Positions 19,950 through 29,958 of a stretch of DNA of 32,000 nucleotides are shown here, in pieces (the first letter of the stretch is position 1; every line of letters begins with the position of its first letter). The DNA lies in the NCBI RefSeq assembly GCF_023585745.1, contig NZ_CP097762.1, forward strand, positions 120,001 through 152,000. Direction: 5' to 3'. The position numbers and the translations under genes were made by a program. A model generated the notes under the pieces. The model did no database searches, was not told the origin of the DNA, and saw only the letters and a list, made by a program, of their open reading frames with translations. The DNA is from Candidatus Saccharimonadota bacterium. Its GTDB lineage: Bacteria; Pseudomonadota; Gammaproteobacteria; Enterobacterales; Enterobacteriaceae.

Positions 19950-20010
19950 TATGTGAATTGTCTTACTATAAAATAGTAAATGTTTTTATTTTTAAATAAA
20001 CTAATTAATT

Positions 20011-21468
20011 ATGTCATATTTTTCTGAAAACTTTATTAATTATGCATTTACTGGTATACAATTGGATAGTCGTAATGTTTTACCAGGAAATTTATTTATA
20101 GCAGTTAAAGGTGATAAAACTGATGGGACTTTATATATTGATTGTGCAATTAATAAGGGTGCTCCGGTAATTTTATCAGAATCATTTAATATCATAAATA
20201 AAACAATTAATTTTAAATCTAATTCAATTCCTATAATTAATGTTACTCAGTTACGCAAATATATATCTAATATAGCAGGAAATTTCTATCGTCATCCATC
20301 CCGATCTTTAAACGTAATTGGTGTAACTGGCACTAATGGAAAAACTACTACAACATATTTATTAGCTGATTGGATGAGATTGTTAGGTGAAAAAACTGCT
20401 ATTATGGGTACATTAGGTAATGGAACATTAGATAATATATTACCATCTTATAATACAACATGTTCTGCGGTTGATGTGCAAAAAATATTAGCAAAATTTG
20501 TTAAAAATAATATTAAATCTGTTGCTATGGAAATATCTTCACACGGTTTAACACAATATCGTGTAGATGATTTGTATTTTAAAGCTGCAGTCTTTACAAA
20601 TATTAGCCATGATCATTTAGATTATCATAATGATATTAGCCAATATTCATTGGCTAAATGGCGTTTATTTAGTGAATTACGTGTGGAAAAATATATTATT
20701 AATGCTGATGATAGTTTTGGATGTCATTGGTTACATTATCTACCTCAAGCAGTTGCAATAACTATAAAAAATAAATTACCAGATTTTTGGGAAGGTAAAT
20801 GGATAAGTGTAAAAAAAATATTTTATCATATAGCTAGTACAGAAATACTGTTCCAGTCTAGTTGGGGAACAGGAATACTTCACAGTAAATTGTTAGGAGA
20901 ATTTAATGTAAGTAATTTATTATTAGCTTTAGGTACATTATTAATGTTAGGCTATCCTTTAGCTTTATTAATAAATACATCATTTCATTTAAAACCTGTA
21001 TGTGGTAGAATGGAGATGTTTTATTCTGATAAATATCCAATGGTAATAGTTGATTACGCACATACTCCTGATGCATTAAGAAAAATATTAATTGCAATAC
21101 GAAAATATCATTGTCGTAAAAAATTATGGTGTGTATTTGGATGTGGTGGTGACAGAGATCATGACAAACGAGCTAAAATGGGATACATAGCGCAGATTTA
21201 CGCTGATAGTGTAATTATTACTAATGACAATCCAAGAACCGAAGATCCAGAATCTATAATACATGATATCTTACATCATGTAAGATATTCTAAAAAAAAT
21301 AAAATCATTACAAATAGGAAACTGGCGGTAGAAACAACCATTAAAACTGCACATCCCAATGATATAATTTTAATTGCCGGGAAAGGTCACGAAACATATC
21401 AAATTATTGGCAATAATCATCTGAAATATTCTGATAGAAATGTAGTCAAAAAAATTTTAAAAAAATAA
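20011..21468 (+). CDS. murE: UDP-N-acetylmuramoyl-L-alanyl-D-glutamate--2,6-diaminopimelate ligase
   Basis: 485 aa. P-loop GVTGTNGKTTTT, MEISSHGL, FTNISHDHLDYH, VDYAHTPDAL and CVFGCGGDRD are present. The DNPR motif (TNDNPRTEDP) is typical of meso-DAP-adding MurE. Collinear with E. coli MurE. Confidence 0.96.
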   Translation: MSYFSENFINYAFTGIQLDSRNVLPGNLFIAVKGDKTDGTLYIDCAINKGAPVILSESFNIINKTINFKSNSIPIINVTQLRKYISNIAGNFYRHPSRSLNVIGVTGTNGKTTTTYLLADWMRLLGEKTAIMGTLGNGTLDNILPSYNTTCSAVDVQKILAKFVKNNIKSVAMEISSHGLTQYRVDDLYFKAAVFTNISHDHLDYHNDISQYSLAKWRLFSELRVEKYIINADDSFGCHWLHYLPQAVAITIKNKLPDFWEGKWISVKKIFYHIASTEILFQSSWGTGILHSKLLGEFNVSNLLLALGTLLMLGYPLALLINTSFHLKPVCGRMEMFYSDKYPMVIVDYAHTPDALRKILIAIRKYHCRKKLWCVFGCGGDRDHDKRAKMGYIAQIYADSVIITNDNPRTEDPESIIHDILHHVRYSKKNKIITNRKLAVETTIKTAHPNDIILIAGKGHETYQIIGNNHLKYSDRNVVKKILKK

Positions 21469-21473
21469 ATGTG

Positions 21474-22835
21474 ATGATTCCATTTAATTTACATGAGATA
21501 GCACCAATTCTAAATGCTAGACATATCGGTAAAGATTTGTTTATTCATGCAATAACTATTGATTCTAATATTATTTATAAGAGGTGTATGTTTATTGCAT
21601 TAATAGGAAAACGGTTCAATGGTCATGATTTTGTAGCCCAAGCTGTTGCTTTTGGGGCACAAGCATTATTAGTAAATTATCCTATAATTTTATTAGAAAA
21701 TGTGCCACAATTAATTGTTGCTGATACTAATATTGCCCTAATAACTTTAGCCAGTTGGGTTCGGAAACAAACATCTACTAAAATTATTGCTATTACTGGG
21801 TCTAGCGGTAAAACATCGGTAAAAGAGATGACTCATTGTATATTAACACAATGTGGACATACAATAGCAACACAAGGCAATCTTAATAATTCTATTGGAG
21901 TACCAATAACCTTACTGCGTTTAACTAAACAACATAATTTTGCCATCATTGAACTGGGTTCCAGCCAGATAGGCGAATTATCTCCATTAAGTAAAATACT
22001 TTTCGCAAAAGCTGCACTAATAAATAATATTTATCCATCACATTTATTAGGTTTCGGATCATTAATAGCATTAGGTCGAGAAAAAGGAAAAATTTTTCTT
22101 GCCTTAAAGCCATCTGGACGGGGTATTATAAACGCTGATAGCCATATGCTATCATTATGGACCAAAATTTTAGATAAAAAATCTACATGGAATTTTTCTA
22201 TCAACGATAAAATAGGTGCAGATTTTTTTGCGAGCAATATTGTTTTTGAACAACGTGGAATACGGTTTGTGTTACACACCCCTGATGGTGTAGCAACACT
22301 ATGTTTACCAATGCTCGGTAAACATAGTGTTGCTAATGCTTTAGCAGCCAGTGCTCTCGCATTTTCTGTAGGAGCTAGTTTAGCAGAAGTAGTGTTAGGG
22401 TTGGAGAGCTCAAAAACATTGCCTGGTAGATTATTTCCCATTGTGCTTGGTGACAACAAATTATTATTAGATGATACTTATAACGCTAATGTTGGCTCTG
22501 TTATTTCTGCTATTAATGTGCTAACAACAATGCCAGGATATCGAATTTTAGTAATGAGTGATATGTTAGAATTAGGAAAATATCAGGAAATAAAATATCA
22601 TTGTTATATTGGCAAAATACTTGCAAAATCAAATATTGATGTAATTTTTACTTTTGGTAATATAAGCCATCTTATTTCTAAGATAAGCGGTAGAGGAAAA
22701 CATTTTGACAATAAAAAACATTTAATTATTGAAATAAAAAGAATATTAAGTAAACATCAAAAAATGAATATTTTAATAAAAGGATCACGCAAATTTAAAA
22801 TGGAAAAAATCGTGGACGCTATTCAGGACAAATAA
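21474..22835 (+). CDS. murF: UDP-N-acetylmuramoyl-tripeptide--D-alanyl-D-alanine ligase
   Basis: About 453 aa. MIPFNLHEIAPILNA aligns residue for residue with E. coli MISVTLSQLTDILNG. P-loop ITGSSGKTSVKEM, GNLNNSIGVP, GRLFPI, LLLDDTYNANVGS and KGSR are present. ATG at 21474 is preferred over the in-frame GTG at 21471 (the ORF-track start). Confidence 0.95.
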   Translation: MIPFNLHEIAPILNARHIGKDLFIHAITIDSNIIYKRCMFIALIGKRFNGHDFVAQAVAFGAQALLVNYPIILLENVPQLIVADTNIALITLASWVRKQTSTKIIAITGSSGKTSVKEMTHCILTQCGHTIATQGNLNNSIGVPITLLRLTKQHNFAIIELGSSQIGELSPLSKILFAKAALINNIYPSHLLGFGSLIALGREKGKIFLALKPSGRGIINADSHMLSLWTKILDKKSTWNFSINDKIGADFFASNIVFEQRGIRFVLHTPDGVATLCLPMLGKHSVANALAASALAFSVGASLAEVVLGLESSKTLPGRLFPIVLGDNKLLLDDTYNANVGSVISAINVLTTMPGYRILVMSDMLELGKYQEIKYHCYIGKILAKSNIDVIFTFGNISHLISKISGRGKHFDNKKHLIIEIKRILSKHQKMNILIKGSRKFKMEKIVDAIQDK

Positions 22836-22837
22836 TT

Positions 22838-23932
22838 ATGCTATTTTGGTTATTTGAAAATATTTTCATATCTTTTTCATTAGATTTACACACTACCTAT
22901 AGTATATTAATTAGATCAATTATTAGTTTTTTTTCAGCATTGTTATTGTCCTTAAGTATAGGAAAATATTTAATTATACGATTACATAATTTATGTTTTT
23001 ATCAAATAATACGTTGTGATGGACCTAAATCTCATATAAAAAAACAGAATATCCCAACTATGGGGGGTATTATAATATTGTTTGCTATTATTGTATCTAT
23101 AATGTTATGGTCTAATCTATCTAATCTTTATGTATGGTATGTATTATTTATCTTAACAACATACGGTTTTTTAGGATTTGTTGATGATTATTTAAAAATA
23201 AAAAGGAAAAATACTGTGGGTTTACAACCACGTTACAAATATTTTTGGCAAACATTAATTGCTCTAACATTAATTTTCGTTATGTTTTTAACAGATACAA
23301 GTATAATACCTACACAAATAGTAATACCATTACTAAAAAATTGTGAATTAAAATTATGTTTTTTTTTAGCTATAATATTTGCATATTTTGCAATTGTTGG
23401 ATCAAGTAACGCGGTTAATTTATCTGATGGATTAGATGGATTAGTTATTGTTCCAATTATATTTATTACCACTGGATTCTCTATAATTGCTTATATCACA
23501 AGCAATATAAATTTTTCTAATTTTTTACATATTCCATACTTACATTGTGCTAGAGAACTAATAATTGTATGTACTTCTATTATTGGTGCAAGTTTAGGAT
23601 TTTTATGGTTTAATGCATATCCAGCTCGAGTGTTTATGGGAGATGTAGGTTCGTTATCACTTGGAGGAACACTTGGAGCGATTTCAGTTTTGCTAAGGCA
23701 GGAACTTTTATTGTTGATAATGGGGGGTCTATTTGTTATAGAAACTATATCTGTAGTATTACAGATAAGTTTTTTTAAATTATTTAAAATCAGAATATTC
23801 AAAATGGCACCAATTCATCATCATTTCGAACTTATACACTGCCCAGAACCTAGAATTGTAGTGAGATACTGGATTATATCAGTGATATTAATGTTATTAG
23901 GATTAATAATATTGCTAATAAACAGATGGTAA
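22838..23932 (+). CDS. mraY: Phospho-N-acetylmuramoyl-pentapeptide transferase
   Basis: 364 aa polytopic membrane protein. DGPKSH..K...PTMGG, GFVDDYLKI, NAVNLSDGLDGL, VFMGDVGSLSLGG, MAPIHHHFEL and EPRIVVRYWIIS match E. coli MraY. The start is 2 nt after the murF stop. Confidence 0.97.
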   Translation: MLFWLFENIFISFSLDLHTTYSILIRSIISFFSALLLSLSIGKYLIIRLHNLCFYQIIRCDGPKSHIKKQNIPTMGGIIILFAIIVSIMLWSNLSNLYVWYVLFILTTYGFLGFVDDYLKIKRKNTVGLQPRYKYFWQTLIALTLIFVMFLTDTSIIPTQIVIPLLKNCELKLCFFLAIIFAYFAIVGSSNAVNLSDGLDGLVIVPIIFITTGFSIIAYITSNINFSNFLHIPYLHCARELIIVCTSIIGASLGFLWFNAYPARVFMGDVGSLSLGGTLGAISVLLRQELLLLIMGGLFVIETISVVLQISFFKLFKIRIFKMAPIHHHFELIHCPEPRIVVRYWIISVILMLLGLIILLINRW

Positions 23933-23936
23933 TTAA

Positions 23937-25259
23937 ATGAATATTTACCGTAGATCAAAAGTAGTGATTATTGGATTAGGAATAACTGGTATATCTTGTG
24001 TAAATTTTTTTTTGTCACGCGGAGTAGTTCCTAAAGTGATGGATACCCGTATATCCCCACCAGGTATCAATAAACTTCCTTGTTTTATTCAACATTGTGT
24101 AGGAAAACTTAATGAAACATGGGTATTAAATGCTACATTAATTGTAATTAGTCCTGGAGTATATTTGTATCACCCTACTTTAATATTAGCTAAAAAATTA
24201 GGTATAGAAATTATTGGTGATATCGAATTATTTGCTCGAGAAGCATGTGCTCCGATAATAGCAATTACTGGATCTAATGGAAAAAGCACAGTTACCCAAT
24301 TAATTTCTAAAATGGCTAGAAGTATGGGATTAAACATTGGATTGGGTGGTAATATAGGTATTCCAGCGTTATCATTATTACATAAAGCATATCAATTATA
24401 TATATTAGAAATTTCCAGTTTTCAATTAGAATTAACACATAGTTTGCGCGCGACAATTGCTGTAATTTTAAATATTAGTGAAGATCATATAGACCATTAC
24501 CCTTATGGATTTAAACAATATTATTTATCTAAACAAAAAATTTATAAAAATGCATCTATTTGTGTAATAAATGCTCTAGATATTTTAACGACACCTATAT
24601 ATCACGATTATAATTATTGTATAAGTTTTGGAGAAAAAGAATATTCTGCAGATTATTATATAAAAAATTATAAAGGTTACGATTGGATTGTATCAAATGA
24701 ACAATATATTTTAAATTGTTCTGTTATGAAAACCCACAACCGTATTAACTATGTAAATGCATTAGCAGCATTAGCATTATCAGATATAATAAATATTCCT
24801 CGATATATTGCATTAAAGGTGTTAAGTCAATTCTCTGGTTTGACTCATCGTTGTCAATTATCATATAAAAATCGTGGGGTTAGTTGGATTAATGACTCTA
24901 AAGCTACTAATGTTGGTGCTACTAAAGAAGCGATTAATAATTTGGCTATATTTGGAACATTACATTTAATATTAGGAGGAGATAGCAAATCCGCTAATTT
25001 TGCTACATTAGCATATTTAATTAAACAACATGAAATAAATATTTATTGTTTTGGAAAAGATGGTTTATTGCTGACAGAATTAGGAAAAAATCATGTTTTT
25101 TACACAAACACTATGCTGCAAGCGTTGTGTATTGTTAGACGACGATTAAAAAATAAAGATATAGTGTTACTATCACCGGCATGTTCTAGTTTAGACCAAT
25201 TTCCATCGTATAAAGCACGTGGCGCTATATTTACTAATTTTGCAAAAAAATTTGGATAA
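23937..25259 (+). CDS. murD: UDP-N-acetylmuramoylalanine--D-glutamate ligase
   Basis: 440 aa. It has an N-terminal Rossmann GLGITG, P-loop [29 protein letters not shown] and [11 protein letters not shown]. The stop TAA shares one base with the ftsW ATG (TAATG at 25257-25261). Confidence 0.95.
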   Translation: MNIYRRSKVVIIGLGITGISCVNFFLSRGVVPKVMDTRISPPGINKLPCFIQHCVGKLNETWVLNATLIVISPGVYLYHPTLILAKKLGIEIIGDIELFAREACAPIIAITGSNGKSTVTQLISKMARSMGLNIGLGGNIGIPALSLLHKAYQLYILEISSFQLELTHSLRATIAVILNISEDHIDHYPYGFKQYYLSKQKIYKNASICVINALDILTTPIYHDYNYCISFGEKEYSADYYIKNYKGYDWIVSNEQYILNCSVMKTHNRINYVNALAALALSDIINIPRYIALKVLSQFSGLTHRCQLSYKNRGVSWINDSKATNVGATKEAINNLAIFGTLHLILGGDSKSANFATLAYLIKQHEINIYCFGKDGLLLTELGKNHVFYTNTMLQALCIVRRRLKNKDIVLLSPACSSLDQFPSYKARGAIFTNFAKKFG

Positions 25260-26449
25260 TGCACGTTTTTAAAAAATTTAAATATAAATTACTAAACTTA
25301 TATGAAAAACAATCATCAAATACTAATGTATTGTATGATCGCATGTTTTTTTGGGTAGTATTGGGTTTAATGTGTATAGGTTTTATTATTATTAGCTCTG
25401 GATCAATACCTATTTCTTTAAGATTAGTAGAAAACCCATATTATTTCATAAAACATATGGTTTTTTACCATATAATAACAATATTATTTGCTATTTTTAC
25501 TTTGAAAATACCTATAATTACTTGGAAAAAATATAGTTTTATTATGTTTTTGTGTAGTTGCATAGCACTAATACTAGTATTAGTGCTAAATAATTCTACA
25601 CATGGTGCTACGCGTTGGATAATTTTAGGTCCTTTATGCATTCAGCCTGCAGAACCCTCAAAATTATTGTTTATTTGTTATTTATCTAGATATTTGGCAA
25701 ATCAACCAAATGTATTATGTAATAATTATGTTGGAATATGCAGACCTATAATAATAATGATATTATTATCTATATTATTATTAGCACAACCTGATTTTGG
25801 TAGTGTTGTTATTGTTTTTATGACTACTTTATCCATATTATTTTTATTTGGAGCTAAGTTATGTCAATTAATACTTATTTTTATTATTAATATCTTTTTA
25901 ATGATATTATCTATCACAACCAGTACGTATCGTATAAATCGTGTACTTGCTTTTTGGAACCCATGGAAAGATCCATTCGGTCATGGTTATCAATTGACAC
26001 AATCCTTAATAGCTTTTGGTCGCGGTAAATTTTTTGGAGAAGGATTAGGTAATTCTATATTAAAATTAGAATATCTACCAGAAGCGCATACAGATTTTAT
26101 TTTTTCTATTATTGCAGAAGAGTTAGGATATTTTGGTGCTATATTAGTAATATTTATGTTATTCATAGTTGTATTTCGATCTATGACAATTGGATATAAT
26201 GCTCTCGCTATTAATCATAAATTTTCAGGAATTTTAGCTTGTTCTATAAGTATTTGGTTTGGATTACAAGTATTTATTAATATTGGTGCAGTGAGCGGTA
26301 TATTACCAACTAAAGGACTTACTCTGCCATTTATTAGTTATGGAGGATCTAGTTTTTTTACCACTATAATTGCTAGTATGTTAATATTGAGGATAGATTT
26401 TGAAACACGTTTAGCTAAAAATCAAGTATTCTTTAAATTTAAAAAATGA
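25259..26449 (+). CDS. ftsW: Peptidoglycan glycosyltransferase / cell division protein FtsW (SEDS family)
   Basis: 396 aa multi-TM protein. [63 protein letters not shown] and [17 protein letters not shown] match E. coli FtsW. ATGA overlap with murG. Confidence 0.96.
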   Translation: MHVFKKFKYKLLNLYEKQSSNTNVLYDRMFFWVVLGLMCIGFIIISSGSIPISLRLVENPYYFIKHMVFYHIITILFAIFTLKIPIITWKKYSFIMFLCSCIALILVLVLNNSTHGATRWIILGPLCIQPAEPSKLLFICYLSRYLANQPNVLCNNYVGICRPIIIMILLSILLLAQPDFGSVVIVFMTTLSILFLFGAKLCQLILIFIINIFLMILSITTSTYRINRVLAFWNPWKDPFGHGYQLTQSLIAFGRGKFFGEGLGNSILKLEYLPEAHTDFIFSIIAEELGYFGAILVIFMLFIVVFRSMTIGYNALAINHKFSGILACSISIWFGLQVFINIGAVSGILPTKGLTLPFISYGGSSFFTTIIASMLILRIDFETRLAKNQVFFKFKK

Positions 26450-27519
26450 TGAGTCAAAGAAAAACAATCATGATTGCAGCTGGAGGCAGTGGAGGTCATA
26501 TATACCCAGGCTTATCGGTTGCTCATTACTTAATAAGCTGTGGCTATAAGATTATTTGGGTGGGCTCGCCAAATCGTATTGAATCTACATTAGTTCCAAA
26601 AAACAAAATCAATATTAAATTTATCCGAGTAAAACCATGGTATGGTGAAAAAATTTATGTAAAATGTGTGATGCCTATATTTATTCTATCAGGAATTTAT
26701 CAAGCACAAAAAGTTATAAAAAATTGTAAACCTGATATAGTACTAGGTATGGGAGGGTATGTATCCGGACCAGTGGGATTAGCGGCATGGATGTCTGGTA
26801 TTCCATTGATAATACATGAACAAAATAAAATTATTGGGTTAACTAACAAATATTTGTCAGTATTTGCTAAACAAGTGCTGTGCGGATTCCCTAATACTTT
26901 TGCTAAGGCCAAATTCGTCGGCAATCCAATAAGAAATACAATATTATGTGTCTCTCATCCATCTATACGATGGAAAAATCGTACTGGTCCAATACGCGTG
27001 TTAGTAATTGGAGGAAGCCAAGGTTCTCATATTTTAAATAAAATACTGCCTAATATAGCAGCACAATTAACTAATAAACTAATTGTATGGCATCAAGCAG
27101 GAGAAAAAGAGCTAAAACAAGTGATAAATGCTTACAAAGCAATATGCTATAATAGTTGTTCACGTCATAAGATAGTAAAATTTATTGATAATATAGCCCA
27201 AGCATATTCTTGGGCAGATATATTAATATCGCGTTCTGGGGCTCTAACAGTGAGTGAGGTATCGGTAGTAGGATTACCTGCAATCTTTGTGCCATTTGCA
27301 AGCCACAAAGATTATCAACAATATTGGAATGCTGTACCTTTAGTACAAATAGGCGCAGCTAAAATTATTGAAGAAAAATACTTTACTAGTGATTATGTAA
27401 GTGCGGTATTAATATCTTGGAATCGAAAAATACTATATAACATGGCAAAACGTGCTAGAAGTATCGCCATACCTAATGCTACTAAAAGAGTATCTCAAAT
27501 TATAATTAAATATTTATAA
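26446..27519 (+). CDS. murG: UDP-N-acetylglucosamine--N-acetylmuramyl-(pentapeptide) pyrophosphoryl-undecaprenol GlcNAc transferase
   Basis: 357 aa. [66 protein letters not shown] and QQYWNA match E. coli MurG. The 4-nt ATGA overlap with the ftsW stop suggests translational coupling. Confidence 0.96.
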   Translation: MMSQRKTIMIAAGGSGGHIYPGLSVAHYLISCGYKIIWVGSPNRIESTLVPKNKINIKFIRVKPWYGEKIYVKCVMPIFILSGIYQAQKVIKNCKPDIVLGMGGYVSGPVGLAAWMSGIPLIIHEQNKIIGLTNKYLSVFAKQVLCGFPNTFAKAKFVGNPIRNTILCVSHPSIRWKNRTGPIRVLVIGGSQGSHILNKILPNIAAQLTNKLIVWHQAGEKELKQVINAYKAICYNSCSRHKIVKFIDNIAQAYSWADILISRSGALTVSEVSVVGLPAIFVPFASHKDYQQYWNAVPLVQIGAAKIIEEKYFTSDYVSAVLISWNRKILYNMAKRARSIAIPNATKRVSQIIIKYL

Positions 27520-27622
27520 AATAAATAATTCTTTGTATTTTAAATAATATTAAAAATTGTTTCATTCTATGAATGTGTTGTCTACATGTATATCCTGGAT
27601 GAATCATCGGTAATATACTAAA

Positions 27623-29047
27623 ATGCATCATTATAATATAAAACGAATACATTTCATAGGTATAGGCGGCGCCGGTATGTGTGGTATCGCTGAAATACTA
27701 GTGCGTACCGGTTATTACGTTACTGGCTCTGATACTAAATATAGTAATATATTACAATATTTAAAAAGATTAGGCATCAAGATTTTTTTTACACATCACC
27801 GTAAAAATATAAATAATGCTGATGTTGTCGTTGTTTCTAATGCTATTCCTCCGAATAATCCTGAAATTTTATCAGCTAAAGAAAGATGTATTCCTATTAT
27901 TAAACGTGCAGAAATGTTATCTGAATTAATGCGATTCAAATATGGTATTGTTGTATCGGGTACGCATGGAAAAACTACTACTACTACAATGATAGCGAAT
28001 ATTTATTCTGCAGCAGGATTAGATCCTACATGTGTAAACGGTGGGCTAATTAAGTCAGAAGGTACTTATGCGTGTTTAGGATATAGTCGTTATTTAATTG
28101 CGGAAGCAGATGAAAGTGATTGTTCATTTTTATGTTTATATCCTATAGTAGCAGTCATCACCAATATTGATATTGATCATATACAAGCATATAAAAATAA
28201 TTTTGAACTTTTAAAACAAGCATTTGTCAATTTTTTACATAATTTACCATTTTATGGGTATGCTATAGTATGTATAGATGATCCAGCAATTCGTGACATT
28301 TTACCTAAAATAAAAAGAAAAATTATCACTTATGGTTTTAGTAAAAATGCTCATTTGCATATTTTTAATTATCGTCAATATATAAATAAAAGTAATTTTG
28401 TTATTCTACATCCTAGCCAAAAAAAATTACGTATTACATTAAATGCTCCTGGTCATCACAATGCGCTAAATGCAGCAGCTGCTGTTGCAGCTGCAACTAT
28501 AGCAGGAATTGATGACCAAACTATATTAAAAACCATGTTGCATTTTCAAGGAACACATCGTCGTTTTGAAAATTTAGGTTATTATTCGTTAAAAAAAATA
28601 AACGGCAAAACTGGGAGTATTATACTTATTGATGATTATGGTCATCATCCAACTGAATTACAAGCCACTATTAAAACAGTTCGAACAGGTTGGCCTAATA
28701 ATAGATTAATTATGATATTTCAACCTCATAGATATACGCGTACACAAATACTATACAATAATTTCGTTAAAGTCCTATCGACTGTAGATGTTCTTTTAAT
28801 GTTATCAGTATATTCAGCTGGGGAAACACCTATTTTTGGAGCAGATAGTAAATCTTTATGTAACACAATTTATAAATGCAGTAAGATCCACGCTGTGTTT
28901 GTTCCTAATACACAAAAATTATCAGACACTTTAAATAAAATTTTACAAGATAACGATCTACTCTTAATTCAAGGCGCCGGTACTATTGGAAATATTATAC
29001 GTAAGTTAATTATTAAAAACAATGATAATACAACATACTATATATAA
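27623..29047 (+). CDS. murC: UDP-N-acetylmuramate--L-alanine ligase
   Basis: 474 aa. RIHFIGIGGAGMCGIAEIL, P-loop GTHGKTTTT, YLIAEADESDCSF, NIDIDH, NAPGHHNALNAAAA, DDYGHHP and FQPHRYTRT are collinear with E. coli MurC (491 aa). It lacks about 15 N-terminal residues; see the murC finding. Confidence 0.95.
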   Translation: MHHYNIKRIHFIGIGGAGMCGIAEILVRTGYYVTGSDTKYSNILQYLKRLGIKIFFTHHRKNINNADVVVVSNAIPPNNPEILSAKERCIPIIKRAEMLSELMRFKYGIVVSGTHGKTTTTTMIANIYSAAGLDPTCVNGGLIKSEGTYACLGYSRYLIAEADESDCSFLCLYPIVAVITNIDIDHIQAYKNNFELLKQAFVNFLHNLPFYGYAIVCIDDPAIRDILPKIKRKIITYGFSKNAHLHIFNYRQYINKSNFVILHPSQKKLRITLNAPGHHNALNAAAAVAAATIAGIDDQTILKTMLHFQGTHRRFENLGYYSLKKINGKTGSIILIDDYGHHPTELQATIKTVRTGWPNNRLIMIFQPHRYTRTQILYNNFVKVLSTVDVLLMLSVYSAGETPIFGADSKSLCNTIYKCSKIHAVFVPNTQKLSDTLNKILQDNDLLLIQGAGTIGNIIRKLIIKNNDNTTYYI

Positions 29048-29139
29048 TCATTACGATACACGATGCTTCGCAAACAATTTTTATACTTGTGTGTATAAAA
29101 TTAATTTTAAAACAATAAGTAACGCCATACCACAAAAAT

Positions 29140-29934
29140 ATGGAGATTAAATATAAACAAAATAAACGTATTTTAAATTTTAAACGTTATGTTAATTATC
29201 GATTGTTAATAACAGCTATTATTAGCTTAATAAGCATATATTTATGTATTATAAAAATAACTAAATTTCTTAATAATTTTGATTATTGTCCGATAACTTA
29301 CGTAATAATAACTGGCCAGCGTCAGTATACTACTAATTCTATTATAAATCAAATAATAACACAATCAGGTCAATTAGGTACGTTTATAACACAAGATGTT
29401 AATATTATTCAAAAAAATATTGAATCTTTACCATGGATTCAACAAGTAAGTGTTAGAAAACATTGGCCAGACACATTAAAAATTAACATAATAGAATATA
29501 TACCGTTAGCTTATTGGAATAATATACATATAATTAGTACAACAGGAGTTTTATTTGATTTGCCATTAGATTATCAAAATAATTGTTTAAAATTAATGCC
29601 ATTATTATATGGAACCGAGGGCAGTGAAAAAACTGTATTAAACAATTATTTAATTTTTAATGCAATATTAAAATCTAGTAAATTTCAAATAAAATTAATA
29701 AAAATGGATGTCCGTTTTTCATGGACAATTGTTTTGGATAATAATATTCATTTAATATTAGGTCGAAATAATATTATAGAACAATTATATTTTTTTATTA
29801 AAATTTATCCCATTCTACTTAATAAAATTAATACGGAAAATAAATATATTGACTATATAGATTTGCGATATCATTCAGGTTTTGCTGTAAAATGGATTTC
29901 TAATTCTATAAAAACTACAATTTTTGAAAAGTAA
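29140..29934 (+). CDS. ftsQ: Cell division protein FtsQ
   Basis: 264 aa with a single TM segment. This is followed by [61 protein letters not shown] (E. coli [49 protein letters not shown]), [11 protein letters not shown] and [11 protein letters not shown]. Confidence 0.94.
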   Translation: [264 protein letters not shown]

Positions 29935-29958
29935 CATTTTTCACTTCAGGTCATTAAA

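Noticed and set aside
22031-22459. A 142-aa minus-strand ORF, which is long for such an AT-rich genome, that might be an unannotated or overlapping gene.
   Set aside because: It lies entirely antisense within the best-conserved and locally GC-richer part of murF. Its product is a low-complexity A/L/S/P-rich string with no recognisable motif, and it has no SD or spacer of its own. This is the typical shadow ORF opposite a conserved gene.
29081-29098. A small inverted repeat, TTATAC-TTGTGT-GTATAA, in the murC-ftsQ spacer, considered as a terminator or ddlB relic.
   Set aside because: The stem is only 6 bp and AT-rich, with no T-tract after it. It is indistinguishable from chance in this base composition.
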